Positions 1 to 10,650 of a stretch of DNA of 64,000 nucleotides are shown here, in pieces; the first letter of the stretch is position 1, and each line of letters begins with the position of its first letter. Under the pieces are notes generated by a model. That model did no database searches, was not told where the DNA came from, and was given only the letters and a program-made list of their open reading frames with translations. A program made the position numbers and the translations under genes. Source of the DNA: Tagaea sp. (GTDB taxonomy: Bacteria > Pseudomonadota > Alphaproteobacteria > CACIAM-22H2); assembly GCA_965279525.1 (NCBI GenBank), contig CBDIIB010000005.1:1216001-1280000 (forward strand), written 5' to 3'.

Positions 1-143
1 CAAAGCTCGTCGGCACCCGCCGCGTCGTAGGCGGCGGCCGCTTCCACCGGATCGCCCGCGTCGACGAGATCGACGAAATTGACGCCCTTGACCACGCGGC
101 CGTTCTTGACGTCGAGGCACGGGATGATGCGGATCTTGAGCAT
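1..143 (-). CDS. hisF: Imidazole glycerol phosphate synthase cyclase subunit (N-terminal part; runs off window)
   Basis: Manual translation [47 protein letters not shown]; start overlaps the hisA stop. Confidence 0.95.
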   Translation of the reverse strand, partial: MLKIRIIPCLDVKNGRVVKGVNFVDLVDAGDPVEAAAAYDAAGADEL

Positions 144-871
144 CAGACGGCATCCAGCAGGCGGACGGCCTGGCCGAGATCGATCCGCCCGTCATAGAGC
201 GCGCGACCCGAGATCACGCCGACGATCCCGTCGGCCGCATGTGCCTTCAGCGCCCGCAGGTCGTCGAGCGAGGAAACGCCGCCCGACGCGATGACCGGGA
301 TGCCGGACGATTTCGCAAGCGCCGCCGTCGCCTCGACATTGGGCCCGCCCATGGCGCCGTCGCGCTCGATGTCGGTGTAGACGATGGCGGCCACACCGGC
401 GTCGGCGAACTTCTTTGCAAGGTCCACCGCCAGCACGTCGGACGTCTCGGCCCAGCCTTCGACCGCCACACGCCCGCCGCGCGCGTCGATACCCACGACG
501 ATGCGTCCCGGCCAGTCCTTGCAGGCCCGCTTCACCAGATCAGGGTCACGCAGCGCCACGGTGCCGAGGATCACGCGATTGATGCCAGCCTCAAGCCACG
601 CGGCGATACCCGCCGCATCGCGAATGCCGCCACCGAGCTGTACTGGAACCTTCACGGCAGCGAGGATCGCGCGCACGGCGGGCGCGTTGACCGGAGCACC
701 AGCGAAGGCACCGTCGAGATCGACGACGTGGATCCAGCGGCAGCCGGCGGCTTCGAACTTGCGCGCCTGGTCGGCGGGATCCTCGTTGAACGTGGTGGCG
801 GCGTCCATGTCGCCACGCAGCAGGCGCACGCACTTGCCGCCCTTGAGGTCGATGGCCGGGAACAGGATCAT
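143..871 (-). CDS. hisA: ProFAR isomerase
   Basis: [45 protein letters not shown]; start trimmed from the longer ORF. Confidence 0.96.
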   Translation of the reverse strand: MILFPAIDLKGGKCVRLLRGDMDAATTFNEDPADQARKFEAAGCRWIHVVDLDGAFAGAPVNAPAVRAILAAVKVPVQLGGGIRDAAGIAAWLEAGINRVILGTVALRDPDLVKRACKDWPGRIVVGIDARGGRVAVEGWAETSDVLAVDLAKKFADAGVAAIVYTDIERDGAMGGPNVEATAALAKSSGIPVIASGGVSSLDDLRALKAHAADGIVGVISGRALYDGRIDLGQAVRLLDAV

Positions 872-1497
872 GGATTCCACGCAAGGAAGTTCGATACGAG
901 CCGGAGGCCGATGGCCTGGCTCTTCTCGGGATGGAACTGCGTGCCGAAGATGTTGTCCTGCAGCACCGCGGCGACGATCGGCCCGCCATAGTCGGCGGTC
1001 GCGAACACGCGCGCGTTGTCGGCAGGGACGAAATGGTACGAGTTCGCGAAATAGACGTGCGCGTCCTTCGGCCAACCGGCGGTCAGCGCGTGTTCGCGGA
1101 AATCGAGCGCGTTCCACCCCAGTTGCGGAAGTTTCAAATTCGGATCGGCCGGCGTCATGCGCCGCGTCTCGCCGGCGATCCACCCCAGCCCCGCATGCGT
1201 GCCGTATTCGAGCCCGACAGTGGCCAGAAGCTGCATGCCCACGCAGATGCCGAAGAACGGCACGGCGCGTTTCAGGACCGCTTCTTCGAGTGCGGCGACC
1301 ATGCCGGGAACGGCGCGCAGGCCGGCCGCACAGTCGCCGAACGCGCCTTGCCCCGGCAGCACGACGCGGTCGGCCTTGCGTACGGTGTCGGGGTCGGCGG
1401 TGATGTCCACGACATGGCCCGGGCCCGCCTGGCGCTCGAATGCCTTGGCGGCCGAGCGCAGGTTGCCCGACCCGTAATCGACGACGACGATGTTCAT
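868..1497 (-). CDS. hisH: IGP synthase glutamine amidotransferase subunit
   Basis: [29 protein letters not shown]. Confidence 0.96.
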   Translation of the reverse strand: MNIVVVDYGSGNLRSAAKAFERQAGPGHVVDITADPDTVRKADRVVLPGQGAFGDCAAGLRAVPGMVAALEEAVLKRAVPFFGICVGMQLLATVGLEYGTHAGLGWIAGETRRMTPADPNLKLPQLGWNALDFREHALTAGWPKDAHVYFANSYHFVPADNARVFATADYGGPIVAAVLQDNIFGTQFHPEKSQAIGLRLVSNFLAWNP

Positions 1498-1868
1498 GCG
1501 TGCGCCGAGAACCAGCGCAATTCGGCCTCGCCGATATCGCCGCCGCTGACCGGGCCGCGCTCGACGAAACCGCGCGCGGCCAGACCCGCCCGGCGCCAGT
1601 CGTTGCCCTCGAAGCCGAAGATCACCGAGATCGCGGTCCAGATGATGCTGCCCGCGGCCGGATCGAGCGGCAGCAGCGTTTCAAGCGCCGCGAGGCCAAG
1701 GGCAATGGCGAACATGCCGAGCGCCACCCACCACAGCCGGTGCCACAGCGCCCAGAACGGGCCGAACAGCAAGGCCGCCCAACTGAAGCCGTCGCGCACG
1801 AACGTCGCGTCGCGGTCGGGACCGGCGGCAAACGGGCTCAGATGCACCGAGTAGCGTTTCTGTCCCAT
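1494..1868 (-). CDS. DUF2628-type small membrane protein
   Basis: [24 protein letters not shown] and GFEGNDWRR motifs; usual position between hisB and hisH. Confidence 0.8.
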   Translation of the reverse strand: MGQKRYSVHLSPFAAGPDRDATFVRDGFSWAALLFGPFWALWHRLWWVALGMFAIALGLAALETLLPLDPAAGSIIWTAISVIFGFEGNDWRRAGLAARGFVERGPVSGGDIGEAELRWFSAHA

Positions 1869-2524
1869 CACACGTCGACGCCGTCGGCCGAGCCGCCGCC
1901 GAGCACGCCCTTGGTCGACGGGATCGCGTCGGCCTTGCGCGGATCGATCGTCACGGCCGCGCGCAGCGCGCGGGCCAGTCCCTTGAAGCAGGATTCGACG
2001 ATGTGGTGGTTGTTCTCGCCGTACAGGTTCTCGACATGCAGCGTGAGGCCGGCGTTCTGCGCGAAGGCCTGGAACCATTCCTTGAACAGCTCGGTGTCCA
2101 TGTCGCCAAGCTTGGGGCGCGTGAACGCGACCTTCCAGATGAGGTAGGGGCGGTTCGACGCGTCGAGCGCCACGCGCGTGAGCGTTTCGTCCATCGGGAT
2201 CATCGCGTCGCCGTAGCGCACGATGCCCTTGCGCTCGCCCAGCGCCTTCGACACGGCTTCGCCCAGTGCGATGCCCACGTCTTCGGTCGTGTGGTGGAAA
2301 TCGATGTGCAGGTCGCCCTTGGCGCGCAGCTGGATGTCGATCAGCGAGTGGCGCGAGAGCTGCTCGACCATGTGATCGAGGAAACCGATGCCGGTCGAAA
2401 CGTCGTAGACGCCCGACCCGTCGAGATTGACGGTGGCTTCGATCTGGGTCTCCTTCGTGGCGCGCTTGACCGTGGCCCGGCGCGGCGAAGGGAACGGATA
2501 GACGGTGGGTTTGGGTTCGGCCAT
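1868..2524 (-). CDS. hisB: Imidazoleglycerol-phosphate dehydratase
   Basis: [35 protein letters not shown]. Confidence 0.97.
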   Translation of the reverse strand: MAEPKPTVYPFPSPRRATVKRATKETQIEATVNLDGSGVYDVSTGIGFLDHMVEQLSRHSLIDIQLRAKGDLHIDFHHTTEDVGIALGEAVSKALGERKGIVRYGDAMIPMDETLTRVALDASNRPYLIWKVAFTRPKLGDMDTELFKEWFQAFAQNAGLTLHVENLYGENNHHIVESCFKGLARALRAAVTIDPRKADAIPSTKGVLGGGSADGVDV

Positions 2525-2580
2525 AACCGTCGATATTTACCAGACGAACGGCAGCCCGGACCACAGATAAGTCCCCGCCG

Positions 2581-2609
2581 CTTGATCCGGGGGGCGGGCA
2601 CCCCTACAT
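2581..2609 (+). promoter_or_regulatory. RpoH (sigma32)-type promoter of hslVU
   Basis: CTTGAT (2581-2586) ... CCCTACAT (2602-2609) upstream of a heat-shock protease operon. Confidence 0.65.
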
Positions 2610-2641
2610 CGAAGGGGCTGGAGAGAAAGGCGATTTCCCCC

Positions 2642-3190
2642 ATGGATTCCAACCGGAACGAGACCTGGCACGGCACCACGATCCTCGCCGTCCGCCGGGC
2701 GGGCAAGGTCGTGATCGCGGGCGACGGGCAGGTGAGCCTGGGCGCCACGATCATCAAATCCAACGCCCGCAAGGTGCGAAGGCTCGGCGGCGGCAACGTG
2801 ATCGGCGGCTTCGCCGGCGCCACGGCCGATGCCTTCACGCTGTTCGAGCGGCTGGAAGCCAAGCTCGAGAAGCACCCCGACCAGCTCATGCGCGCGTGCG
2901 TCGAGCTCGCCAAGGACTGGCGCACCGACCGCTACCTGCGCCGGCTCGAAGCCATGATGGCCGTCGCCGACAAGCAGGTCAGCCTCGTTCTGACCGGTAC
3001 GGGCGACGTGCTGGAGCCCGAGGACGGGCTCATCGGCATCGGCTCGGGCGGCTCCTTCGCGCTTTCGGCCGCGCGTGCCCTCGTCGGTGCGACCGAGCTA
3101 ACCGCACGCGAGATCGCCGAACGCTCGCTGAAGATCGCGGGCCAGATCTGCGTCTACACCAACGGCAACCTGACCATCGAGGAACTATGA
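2642..3190 (+). CDS. hslV: ATP-dependent protease peptidase subunit
   Basis: [32 protein letters not shown]. Confidence 0.97.
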   Translation: MDSNRNETWHGTTILAVRRAGKVVIAGDGQVSLGATIIKSNARKVRRLGGGNVIGGFAGATADAFTLFERLEAKLEKHPDQLMRACVELAKDWRTDRYLRRLEAMMAVADKQVSLVLTGTGDVLEPEDGLIGIGSGGSFALSAARALVGATELTAREIAERSLKIAGQICVYTNGNLTIEEL

Positions 3191-4509
3191 GCCAGCCGGC
3201 CTTCTCCCCGCGCGAGATCGTTTCCGAACTCGACCGATTCATCGTCGGCCAGAACGACGCCAAGCGCGCGGTCGCGGTGGCGCTGCGCAACCGCTGGCGC
3301 CGTTTGCAGCTCAGCCCTGAGCTGCGCGACGAAGTGCTGCCCAAGAACATCCTGATGATCGGGCCCACCGGCTGCGGCAAGACCGAGATCGCGCGCCGGC
3401 TGGCGAAGCTGGCGCAGGCCCCCTTCATCAAGGTCGAGGCGACCAAGTTCACGGAAGTGGGCTATGTCGGGCGCGACGTCGAGCAGATCGTGCGCGACCT
3501 GATGGAGATCGCGTTGCAGATGACGCGCGACCGCCTGCGCAAGGAGGTCGAGGCGAAGGCCGAACTGGCGGCCGAGGAGCGCGTGCTCGAAGCGCTGGTG
3601 GGCGCCAACGCGTCGGCCGACACCCGCCAGAAATTCCGCAAGATGCTGCGCGAGGGCCAGCTCGCCGACCGCGAGATCGAACTCCAAGTCGCCGACAATG
3701 CCGGCGGCCTGCAGATGCCGATGATGGACGTGCCCGGGATGCCGGGCGGCCAGATGGGCATGGTCAATCTCTCCGACATGCTGTCCAAGGCCTTCGGCGG
3801 GCGCACCAAGGCGCGCAAGATGAAGGTCGGCGAAAGCCACGGCGTGCTGCTGCAGGAAGAGGCCGACAAGCTGGTCGACCAGGAGCGCGTGCTGAAAGAG
3901 GCCAAGCTCGCGGTCGAGCAGAACGGCATCGTGTTCATCGACGAGATCGACAAGATCTGCGGGCGCGGCGATCGCATGGGCGGGGCCGACGTCAGCCGCG
4001 AAGGCGTGCAGCGTGACCTGCTGCCGCTGATCGAAGGCACGACGGTCTCGACCAAGCATGGGCCGGTCAAGACCGACCACGTCCTGTTCATCGCGTCGGG
4101 CGCCTTCCACGTGGCGAAACCGTCGGACCTGCTGCCCGAGTTGCAGGGCCGCCTGCCGATCCGCGTGGAACTCAAGGGCCTCGAGAAGGACGATTTCGTG
4201 CGCATCCTGCGCGAGCCCGAGAACAGCCTGATCAAGCAGTACGTGGCGCTGCTGAAGACCGAGGAAGTGGCACTGAGCTTCGGCGACGACGCCATCGACG
4301 CGATCGCGGGCCTTGCCGCCGACGTCAATCGCGGCGTGGAGAACATCGGGGCGCGCCGCCTGCACACGATCCTCGAACGCCTGCTCGAGGAGATCAGCTT
4401 CACGGCGTCGGACCGCGGCGGCGAAGCCATCGCCATCGACGCGGCCTACGTGCGCGAAAAGGTGGCCGACCTCGCGAAGAACGCGGATTTGTCGAAGTTC
4501 ATCCTGTAG
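3187..4509 (+). CDS. hslU: ATP-dependent protease ATPase subunit
   Basis: [38 protein letters not shown]-terminal DLSKFIL. Confidence 0.98.
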   Translation: MSQPAFSPREIVSELDRFIVGQNDAKRAVAVALRNRWRRLQLSPELRDEVLPKNILMIGPTGCGKTEIARRLAKLAQAPFIKVEATKFTEVGYVGRDVEQIVRDLMEIALQMTRDRLRKEVEAKAELAAEERVLEALVGANASADTRQKFRKMLREGQLADREIELQVADNAGGLQMPMMDVPGMPGGQMGMVNLSDMLSKAFGGRTKARKMKVGESHGVLLQEEADKLVDQERVLKEAKLAVEQNGIVFIDEIDKICGRGDRMGGADVSREGVQRDLLPLIEGTTVSTKHGPVKTDHVLFIASGAFHVAKPSDLLPELQGRLPIRVELKGLEKDDFVRILREPENSLIKQYVALLKTEEVALSFGDDAIDAIAGLAADVNRGVENIGARRLHTILERLLEEISFTASDRGGEAIAIDAAYVREKVADLAKNADLSKFIL

Positions 4510-4512
4510 ACG

Positions 4513-4558
4513 AAAAAAGACCCGTCAGGGCCGGGACCTGGTCCTGACGGGTCAGTTT
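4513..4558. terminator. Intrinsic terminator hairpin between convergent hslU and lipoprotein gene
   Basis: GACCCGTCAGG (4519-4529) / CCTGACGGGTC (4543-4553) inverted repeat preceded by A6 (U-tract on the - strand). Confidence 0.75.
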
Positions 4559-4580
4559 CCAGAGGGAAAAAGTCGGTCGG

Positions 4581-4817
4581 CTACTTCTTCTTCGTCTCGA
4601 TCCGGTCGACGATGTAGCCACCGGCCGCACCCACGCCCGCACCGATCAGGGCACCCGTCCCCATGTCGAGGCCGCCCGAGAGCGCGCCGATGCCGGTGCC
4701 GACGGCTGCACCGATCGCCGCACCGGAGAGCGTGCGCTGTTCGGTATGGTTCATCCCGGAGCAGGCGCTGGTTGCCAGGGCCGCACCGAGGGCGAGTGCA
4801 AGAGCAGCGTTGCGCAT
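4581..4817 (-). CDS. Small glycine-zipper (YMGG/OsmB-like) lipoprotein
   Basis: Lipobox TSAC, GAAIGAAVGTGIGA...GALIGAGVGAAGG; RBS GGAG. Confidence 0.85.
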   Translation of the reverse strand: MRNAALALALGAALATSACSGMNHTEQRTLSGAAIGAAVGTGIGALSGGLDMGTGALIGAGVGAAGGYIVDRIETKKK

Positions 4818-4891
4818 GGAGATTCTCCTTCGCATGGTTGCCAGTGCCGTTATTCAAGCCCGGCGATGTGGCGAAAGAATGGCAAACTAAA

Positions 4892-5275
4892 TCAACGTGT
4901 TAGTGGCTTTTTGGCAACGGTCTGCACGCTTTTGAGGCGCTTCAGCAGGTCTTCGGTGTCACCGTCCGACAGGCCGGAAATGCGCTCTGCCAGCAGGTTG
5001 GCAAGTTCGGTCTTGCGCGCATCCAGCCCGCGCGTGTCGACGACGATCCGCGGATGCGAGATTCCGGCGAGGCGGTGGATCTCCTCGAAATCGTCCCAGA
5101 TGAGATGGAAGTATTCGCAGATCTGCACGACGAGGGCCGGCGACGGCTGGCCGCGATGGCCGTGTTCGAGGGCCGAGAGATAGGCCTGACTGATGTCGAG
5201 ATCGGCGGCCATCTGCTTCATCGTGATGCCGCGCGCCTTGCGCAGGTCGCGTACCTTCTGGCCGAAGGGTGTCAT
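4892..5275 (-). CDS. XRE-family HTH transcriptional regulator
   Basis: MTPFGQKVRDLR...ISQAYLSALEHGHRG; conserved neighbour of smr in alphaproteobacteria. Confidence 0.88.
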   Translation of the reverse strand: MTPFGQKVRDLRKARGITMKQMAADLDISQAYLSALEHGHRGQPSPALVVQICEYFHLIWDDFEEIHRLAGISHPRIVVDTRGLDARKTELANLLAERISGLSDGDTEDLLKRLKSVQTVAKKPLTR

Positions 5276-5811
5276 CGGTTCCGCCTGAGCAGGACGTAAT
5301 AGGCACCCTCGCCGCCATGCTGCACGCGCGCCGTTGCCAGTCGGAGAATCCGCGACGCATGCGGCCCGAGCTTCAGCCACTCGGGCACCTGGCGGCGCAG
5401 CACGCCTTCGCCCTGCTTGCCCTTGCCGGTGACGACGATCAGCACGCGCGCACCCGCCTTCACCGCACCGGCGATGAACCGGTCGAGTGCTTCGTGCGCG
5501 CGCGCCTGCGTCAGGCCATGCAGGTCGATGGCGCTGTCGATGGGCAGCTCGCCGCGCTCGAAGCGGCGCGCGGTGTTCTTGTCGAGACCGGGTTCGGGTG
5601 CCTTGCGTGACGGGGCGCGCGGCGGCGGCGCTTGCACGGGCAGCGGCACATAGGCGGTGCCCCGCATGACGGATACGGGTGACGGTTCGGCGACAACAAC
5701 GGGTGCCGCCGCCGGCTTCGCGCGCGCCTTGCGCCGCTTCAGCGGCACCACGTCGCGCATGGCGATCTCGAACAGGTGCGCGTCGGGGACCGTGGCGGTG
5801 CGCCGCGCCAT
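5272..5811 (-). CDS. Smr/MutS2-domain endonuclease
   Basis: IDLHGLTQARA, VVTGKG, HGGEGAYYVLL. Confidence 0.92.
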   Translation of the reverse strand: MARRTATVPDAHLFEIAMRDVVPLKRRKARAKPAAAPVVVAEPSPVSVMRGTAYVPLPVQAPPPRAPSRKAPEPGLDKNTARRFERGELPIDSAIDLHGLTQARAHEALDRFIAGAVKAGARVLIVVTGKGKQGEGVLRRQVPEWLKLGPHASRILRLATARVQHGGEGAYYVLLRRNR

Positions 5812-5818
5812 CGCCCGC

Positions 5819-6991
5819 CTATTTCGCCAGGCCGAATTCCCGGCGCACGTCGTCGGCCACGATCAGTTCGCCGCGGTCGATCGTGCGCGCGTCGGTCTTG
5901 CCGCAGAACGCCATCGTGATGTCGAGTTCCTTGCGGATGATCTCGAGCGCCTTGGTGACACCCGCCTCGCCCATCGCCCCGAGCCCGTAGAGGAACGCGC
6001 GGCCGATATAGGTTCCCTTGGCGCCCAGTGCGAGTGCCTTCAGCACGTCCTGGCCCGAGCGGATGCCGCCGTCGAAATGCACTTCGATCTTGCTGCCGAC
6101 CGCATCGACGATGGGGGCGAGCTTGGCGATCGACGACAGGGCACCATCGAGCTGGCGGCCGCCATGGTTCGAAACGATCAGCGCATCGGCACCGGAGTTG
6201 GCCGCGAGTACTGCGTCCTCCTCGTCGAGGATACCCTTCAAGATCAGCTTGCCGCCCCACAGATCCTTGATCCATTTGACGTCGTCCCACGACAGACGCG
6301 GGTCGAACTGCGAGGCCGTCCACGACGACAGCGACGACATGTCGGCCACGCCCTGCACGTGGCCCACGATGTTGCCGAAGCCGCGGCGCTTGGTGCCCAG
6401 CATGCCCAGGCACCAGCCGGGCTTGGTCATCATGTTGACGATGTTGGGAAGCGTGAGCTTGGGCGGGGCCGACAGGCCGTTGCGCAGGTCCTTGTGGCGC
6501 TGGCCGAGGATCTGGAGATCGAGCGTCAGCACGAGGGCCGAGCACTTGGCCGCCTTCGCGCGCTCGATCAGGCGCTTGATGAAATCGCGGTCGCGCAGCA
6601 CGTAGAGCTGGAACCAGAACGGCTTGTCGGTGTTGGCCGCCACGTCCTCGATCGAGCAGATGCTCATCGTCGACAGCGTGAACGGCACGCCGAACTTCGC
6701 GGCGGCGCGCGCCGCCAGGATCTCGCCGTCGGCATGCTGCATGCCGGTGAGACCGGTGGGGGCCAGCGCCACGGGCATCGACACGTCCTGCCCGGCCATC
6801 TTCGTGGCGAGCGTGCGGTTGTCCATGTTGACGGCCACGCGCTGGCGCAGGCGGATCTTCGCGAAGTCGCTCGAGTTGGCGCGGTAGGTCTGCTCGGTCC
6901 AGGCACCGGAATCCGCATAATCGTAGAACATGCGCGGCACGCGCCTTTGCGCAAGGACGCGCAGGTCTTCGATGTTCGTGATGACGGTCAT
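5819..6991 (-). CDS. lldD: FMN-dependent alpha-hydroxy acid (L-lactate) dehydrogenase
   Basis: MFYDYADSGAW, FWFQLY, SNHGGRQLD, DGGIRSG; start trimmed to MTVITNIE. Confidence 0.9.
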   Translation of the reverse strand: MTVITNIEDLRVLAQRRVPRMFYDYADSGAWTEQTYRANSSDFAKIRLRQRVAVNMDNRTLATKMAGQDVSMPVALAPTGLTGMQHADGEILAARAAAKFGVPFTLSTMSICSIEDVAANTDKPFWFQLYVLRDRDFIKRLIERAKAAKCSALVLTLDLQILGQRHKDLRNGLSAPPKLTLPNIVNMMTKPGWCLGMLGTKRRGFGNIVGHVQGVADMSSLSSWTASQFDPRLSWDDVKWIKDLWGGKLILKGILDEEDAVLAANSGADALIVSNHGGRQLDGALSSIAKLAPIVDAVGSKIEVHFDGGIRSGQDVLKALALGAKGTYIGRAFLYGLGAMGEAGVTKALEIIRKELDITMAFCGKTDARTIDRGELIVADDVRREFGLAK

Positions 6992-7023
6992 TGGATGCGT
7001 TCCTCGCGGCGGACAGGGACTTT

Positions 7024-7929
7024 CTATAGCAACGCGGGGCTGCGCGCGTCGAGGACCCAGCTTCGGAAGGCCGAAACGCGGGGGTCTTCCTTGCCCGCTT
7101 TCGGCGCCACGACCCAGTAGGCGAAGCCCGACGGCAGTTCGAGATCGAAGAGCCTGGCGAGCCGGCCGGCCGCGACGTCGTCTGCAAGCGGCGCGCTGCG
7201 CCCGACCGCCACGCCATGCCCGAGGCGCGCGGCCACGTAGAGGGCACTCGAATCCGAGAAGCCGGGGCCGCGCGCGGCAAGGCCCGATGGCAGGCCGAGC
7301 AGGTCGAGCCACGGTTCCCAGCCCAGCCGCGGCTCGCTGCGCCCGATGCTGGAATCGTGCAGGAGGGTCGCCTTCGCAAGATCGGCCGGCCGGCGCAGGC
7401 CTTGCGCAAGTGCGGGGGCGGCGCACAGGAACAGCGATTCCGCCAGCAGCCGGTCGGCACGCAAGGCGGCCGGCGGCTCCTTCATGTAGCGGATCGCCAG
7501 ATCGACCGCGTCGCGCGCGAAATCGACGAAGCGTCCTTCCGAGCGCAGCACCACGTCGATCTCCGGATAGCGGCGGCGGAAATCCGGCAGGCGCGGCACC
7601 AGCCAGCCCGTCGCGAACGAGGGCAGCGCCGAGACGACGAGCCGGCCCGCGCGCGGCCGGCCGCGCAGGTCGGCCGTCGCGGCCGCCAGCGTGGCGAAGC
7701 CTTCCTCCAGCCCCGGCAGATAGGCGCGGCCCGCGTCGGTCAGATCGAGCCCGCGCGCCATCCGGCGGAACAGCTTGACGCCCAGATGCGCTTCGAGCGC
7801 CGCGACATGCTGGCTGATCGCGGCCGGCGATACCGAAAGCTCGCGCGCCGCCGCGGTGAAGCCGCCATTGCGCGCGGCCACCTCGAAGGCGCGCAGGGCA
7901 TTGAGCGGCGGCAGGCGACGGGCGGACAT
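7024..7929 (-). CDS. LysR-family regulator (GcvA-like)
   Basis: LPPLNALRAFEVAAR...FTAAARELSVSPAAISQH; WLVPRLPDF. Confidence 0.9.
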   Translation of the reverse strand: MSARRLPPLNALRAFEVAARNGGFTAAARELSVSPAAISQHVAALEAHLGVKLFRRMARGLDLTDAGRAYLPGLEEGFATLAAATADLRGRPRAGRLVVSALPSFATGWLVPRLPDFRRRYPEIDVVLRSEGRFVDFARDAVDLAIRYMKEPPAALRADRLLAESLFLCAAPALAQGLRRPADLAKATLLHDSSIGRSEPRLGWEPWLDLLGLPSGLAARGPGFSDSSALYVAARLGHGVAVGRSAPLADDVAAGRLARLFDLELPSGFAYWVVAPKAGKEDPRVSAFRSWVLDARSPALL

Positions 7930-8005
7930 GAGGCCAAGTATAGCTTGGTCTTGGCTTCGAAAAACCCGTTTGTGCGAACCGGGCCGGTTGCCGGATCATC
8001 TGCCC

Positions 8006-8611
8006 ATGATCGAGCTTTTCGACTGCCCGTACTCGGGCAACGCCTATAAATGCCGGCTGATGATGCACAAGCTCGGCTTGGCCTATACGCGCACGATCGT
8101 CGATCTCGACGCAGGCGCGACGCGCACGCCGGATTTCCTCGCGCGCAATCCGAACGGGCGCGTGCCGCTGCTGCGGCTCGACGACGGCATGTACATCGCG
8201 GAATCGAACGCGATCCTGTGCTGGCTCGCCAAGGGCACGCCCTGGCTGCCCGACGACCGGCTCGAATTCGCGCAAGTCATGCAGTGGATGTTCTTCGAGC
8301 AGTACAGCCACGAGCCGAACATCGCGACCGTGCGCCACTGGATCTCGCATGGAATCGAGATCACGCCGTTGCGTGCCCAGCTCATCGAGATGAAGCGCCC
8401 GCAGGGGGAGGCTGCCCTCGGCGTGATGGAAACCCACCTCGCCACGCGGCCTTACTTCGTCGGCTCACGGCCGACGGTCGCGGACTTGGCCCTCTACGCC
8501 TACACGCATGTCGCGGAAGAAGGCGGCTTCGCGCTTGCCCCGTATCCGAACGTGCGCGCCTGGCTCGACCGCGTCGCGGCGGACGCGCCGCATATCGAGA
8601 TCACGGACTGA
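8006..8611 (+). CDS. Glutathione S-transferase family protein
   Basis: SGNAYK, NPNGRVP, AESNAIL, FFEQYSHEP, ADLALYAYTH. Confidence 0.92.
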   Translation: MIELFDCPYSGNAYKCRLMMHKLGLAYTRTIVDLDAGATRTPDFLARNPNGRVPLLRLDDGMYIAESNAILCWLAKGTPWLPDDRLEFAQVMQWMFFEQYSHEPNIATVRHWISHGIEITPLRAQLIEMKRPQGEAALGVMETHLATRPYFVGSRPTVADLALYAYTHVAEEGGFALAPYPNVRAWLDRVAADAPHIEITD

Positions 8612-9796
8612 TCAGGAGCCGCGCAGCCGTCGCTCCGCCACTTCGCGCGGCAGCAGAAGCCAGGCCCTGCCCGTCGAGCGCATGCGGCCCGCGCGCGCTT
8701 CGGCGTCGGACCCGGCACCCCAGAACACGTCGCCACGCACCGGGCCGCGGATGGCCCCGCCGGTGTCCTGCGCCATCAAGAGGCGCTGCACGCGCGCGGC
8801 CGGGTCGAGCGGATCGTCGGCATCGAGGAAGACCGGCACGCCCATCGGCAGGAAGTTGCGGTCGACCGCCAGCGAGCGGCCGGGGGTGAGTGCCACGCCT
8901 TCGCTGCCCAGCGGCCCGTCGCCTTCGAGCAGACGGAAGAACACATAGGACGGATTGGAATTGCGGATCGCGGCGGCCTCCGCCGGATTGGCGGCGAGCC
9001 ACGCCTTGATGCTCTGCATCGATACGGTTTCGCGCGTCAGCGCGCCGCGCTCGATCAGCGTACGTCCGATGGGCACGTAAGGGTGCCCGTTCTGGGCGGC
9101 GAAGCCCACGCGCAGGATGCGCCCGTCGTCGAGCACGACGCGCCCCGAACCCTGCACTTCGAGGAAGAACGCCTCGGTCGGATCGTCGACCCAGACGACC
9201 GGCTTGCCGCGCGGGCCCAACGCGCCTTCGACAATACGCGCGCGCGGCTCGTAGGGGCGAAGGGCACCGGATTCCACGCGGCCCGCGATGCGCTGGCCGC
9301 GCAGCTCTTCGCGGAAGGCGCCCAGATCGACGGTGACGAGATCGTCGGGCCGGCCATGGAGCGGGATCGAATATCGGGGCGTGCGCACGAGGCTGCCGCG
9401 CAGCTCGGGCTCGTAATAACCGGTGAACAGGCCCGCCTGTTCGGCGTTGTTGGCCAGCGCGAACGGCCGGAAGTTCGCCTCGAAGAACGCGCGCGCATCA
9501 CCCAGCGGCAGGTTCTGCGAACCGGCACAGACCGCACGCCAGTCGGCGACGCGCCCGGCGAGCGCGTCGGTCCCGATGGTCTGCGTGTCGGCCAGGCGCG
9601 CAAGGCGCGCGCAGGTGCGGCGCAAGGCCGGCAGCGCTTCGGCGTGCCGGTCGGCGTTCCAGCCCGGCAGCTCGGCGAAACTCGCGGGGGCCAGGACAAG
9701 GCGTGCAGGCGGTTCGGGGGCCGGCGCCGGTGCCGGCGGTTTTCCGGCACACGACGCGAGTGCAAGCGCCAGCAGGAAGGCGGCGAAAGCGCGCAA
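8612..9796 (-). CDS. mltA: Membrane-bound lytic murein transglycosylase A (lipoprotein)
   Basis: Lipobox LASC, FTGYYEP, VQGSG, NPSYVFF, 3D motif QDTGGAIRG...GDVFWG. Confidence 0.95.
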   Translation of the reverse strand: MRAFAAFLLALALASCAGKPPAPAPAPEPPARLVLAPASFAELPGWNADRHAEALPALRRTCARLARLADTQTIGTDALAGRVADWRAVCAGSQNLPLGDARAFFEANFRPFALANNAEQAGLFTGYYEPELRGSLVRTPRYSIPLHGRPDDLVTVDLGAFREELRGQRIAGRVESGALRPYEPRARIVEGALGPRGKPVVWVDDPTEAFFLEVQGSGRVVLDDGRILRVGFAAQNGHPYVPIGRTLIERGALTRETVSMQSIKAWLAANPAEAAAIRNSNPSYVFFRLLEGDGPLGSEGVALTPGRSLAVDRNFLPMGVPVFLDADDPLDPAARVQRLLMAQDTGGAIRGPVRGDVFWGAGSDAEARAGRMRSTGRAWLLLPREVAERRLRGS

Positions 9797-9799
9797 GCG

Positions 9800-10501
9800 C
9801 TAGCTCGGTTCCTCGGTGCGCACGAGCGCCCAGTTCGGATCGCGGTTGCGCGTGTCGCGCGCGAAGGTCCACAGATCGGTAAGCACCGTGACCTTGGCCG
9901 CCTCGCCGTCGACGACGTTGCCTTCGGCATCGCGCGTGACGTTGACCTGCTCGGTGACGAACTTGACTGTCACGCTCGCCGTGCGGCCTTCCATGCGCGC
10001 GTCGACGATCTCGGCGCTGCGGATGCCCACGAGCGTGGTTTCCAGCGTGTGCTTGGCGGCGAGCCGCTCGCGGATGGCGGTGGCGAACCCTTCGTAGACG
10101 TCGGCGGCGAGCAGCGGCTTCAGCGTGGCGGTGTCGCCCTGCGCGAAGGCCTGCACGATCATCTCGAAGGCACCGCGCGCACCCTGCACGAACTCGACCG
10201 GCGAGAACGACGCGTCGGCGCGGCGGATCGCGTCGTAGCCGGCCTTGAGGGCGGGGTTGCCGGCGGGGATCTCCGCCTCTTCCGCCGGAGCGGCATCGGC
10301 CGGACGCGGGGCGCCGGGAAACGGCGTGACGTTGTCGGGAACCTTGTCGGCGCGATCGAGCGTGCGCTCGGGCGGGCGGGCACGCCAGCGTTCGGAATCC
10401 TCCGCCCCCGTGCGCTTGCCCAGGATGCTGCGCAGACGCAGGATCAGGAACGCCGCGACGGCCGCGAATAGAAGGATGTCCATAAACGCCATGTCGCCCA
10501 T
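9800..10501 (-). CDS. Tim44/TimA-domain protein
   Basis: RLRSILGKRTG, FVQGARGAFEMIVQAFAQGD, DLWTFAR, PNWAL; start may be 10492. Confidence 0.92.
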   Translation of the reverse strand: MGDMAFMDILLFAAVAAFLILRLRSILGKRTGAEDSERWRARPPERTLDRADKVPDNVTPFPGAPRPADAAPAEEAEIPAGNPALKAGYDAIRRADASFSPVEFVQGARGAFEMIVQAFAQGDTATLKPLLAADVYEGFATAIRERLAAKHTLETTLVGIRSAEIVDARMEGRTASVTVKFVTEQVNVTRDAEGNVVDGEAAKVTVLTDLWTFARDTRNRDPNWALVRTEEPS

Positions 10502-10561
10502 CTTGCGCCGCTTTGCCGGAAAAAGGGGGAGTAGCGGGTGATTTCCCGCCCTGTCCTGCTA

Positions 10562-10591
10562 TAAATAAGCGTGGCCGGGGCCGGGAACAAG
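10562..10591 (-). promoter_or_regulatory. Possible RpoH-type promoter of tim44-mltA
   Basis: On the - strand CTTGTT ... CTTATTTA. Confidence 0.4.
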
Positions 10592-10650
10592 CGGCTTGGC
10601 CGGTATTTCTGCCCCCGTCCGGCTCCCACAAGGGTCTTTGGCCCCCTCGC

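Noticed and set aside
4890-4902. IHF consensus AATCAACGTGTTA upstream of the glycine-zipper lipoprotein
   Set aside because: Real match, but it overlaps the XRE gene stop and there is no GG-N10-GC nearby, so not counted as a third sigma54 promoter
5819-8437. Apparent 872-aa lldD fusion, and similarly extended ORFs 52469-56416, 59228-61630, 60349-62760, 36128-38530
   Set aside because: The N-terminal extensions are off-frame or antisense read-through of neighbouring real genes in stop-poor high-GC DNA; internal starts with RBS or stop/start overlaps explain them
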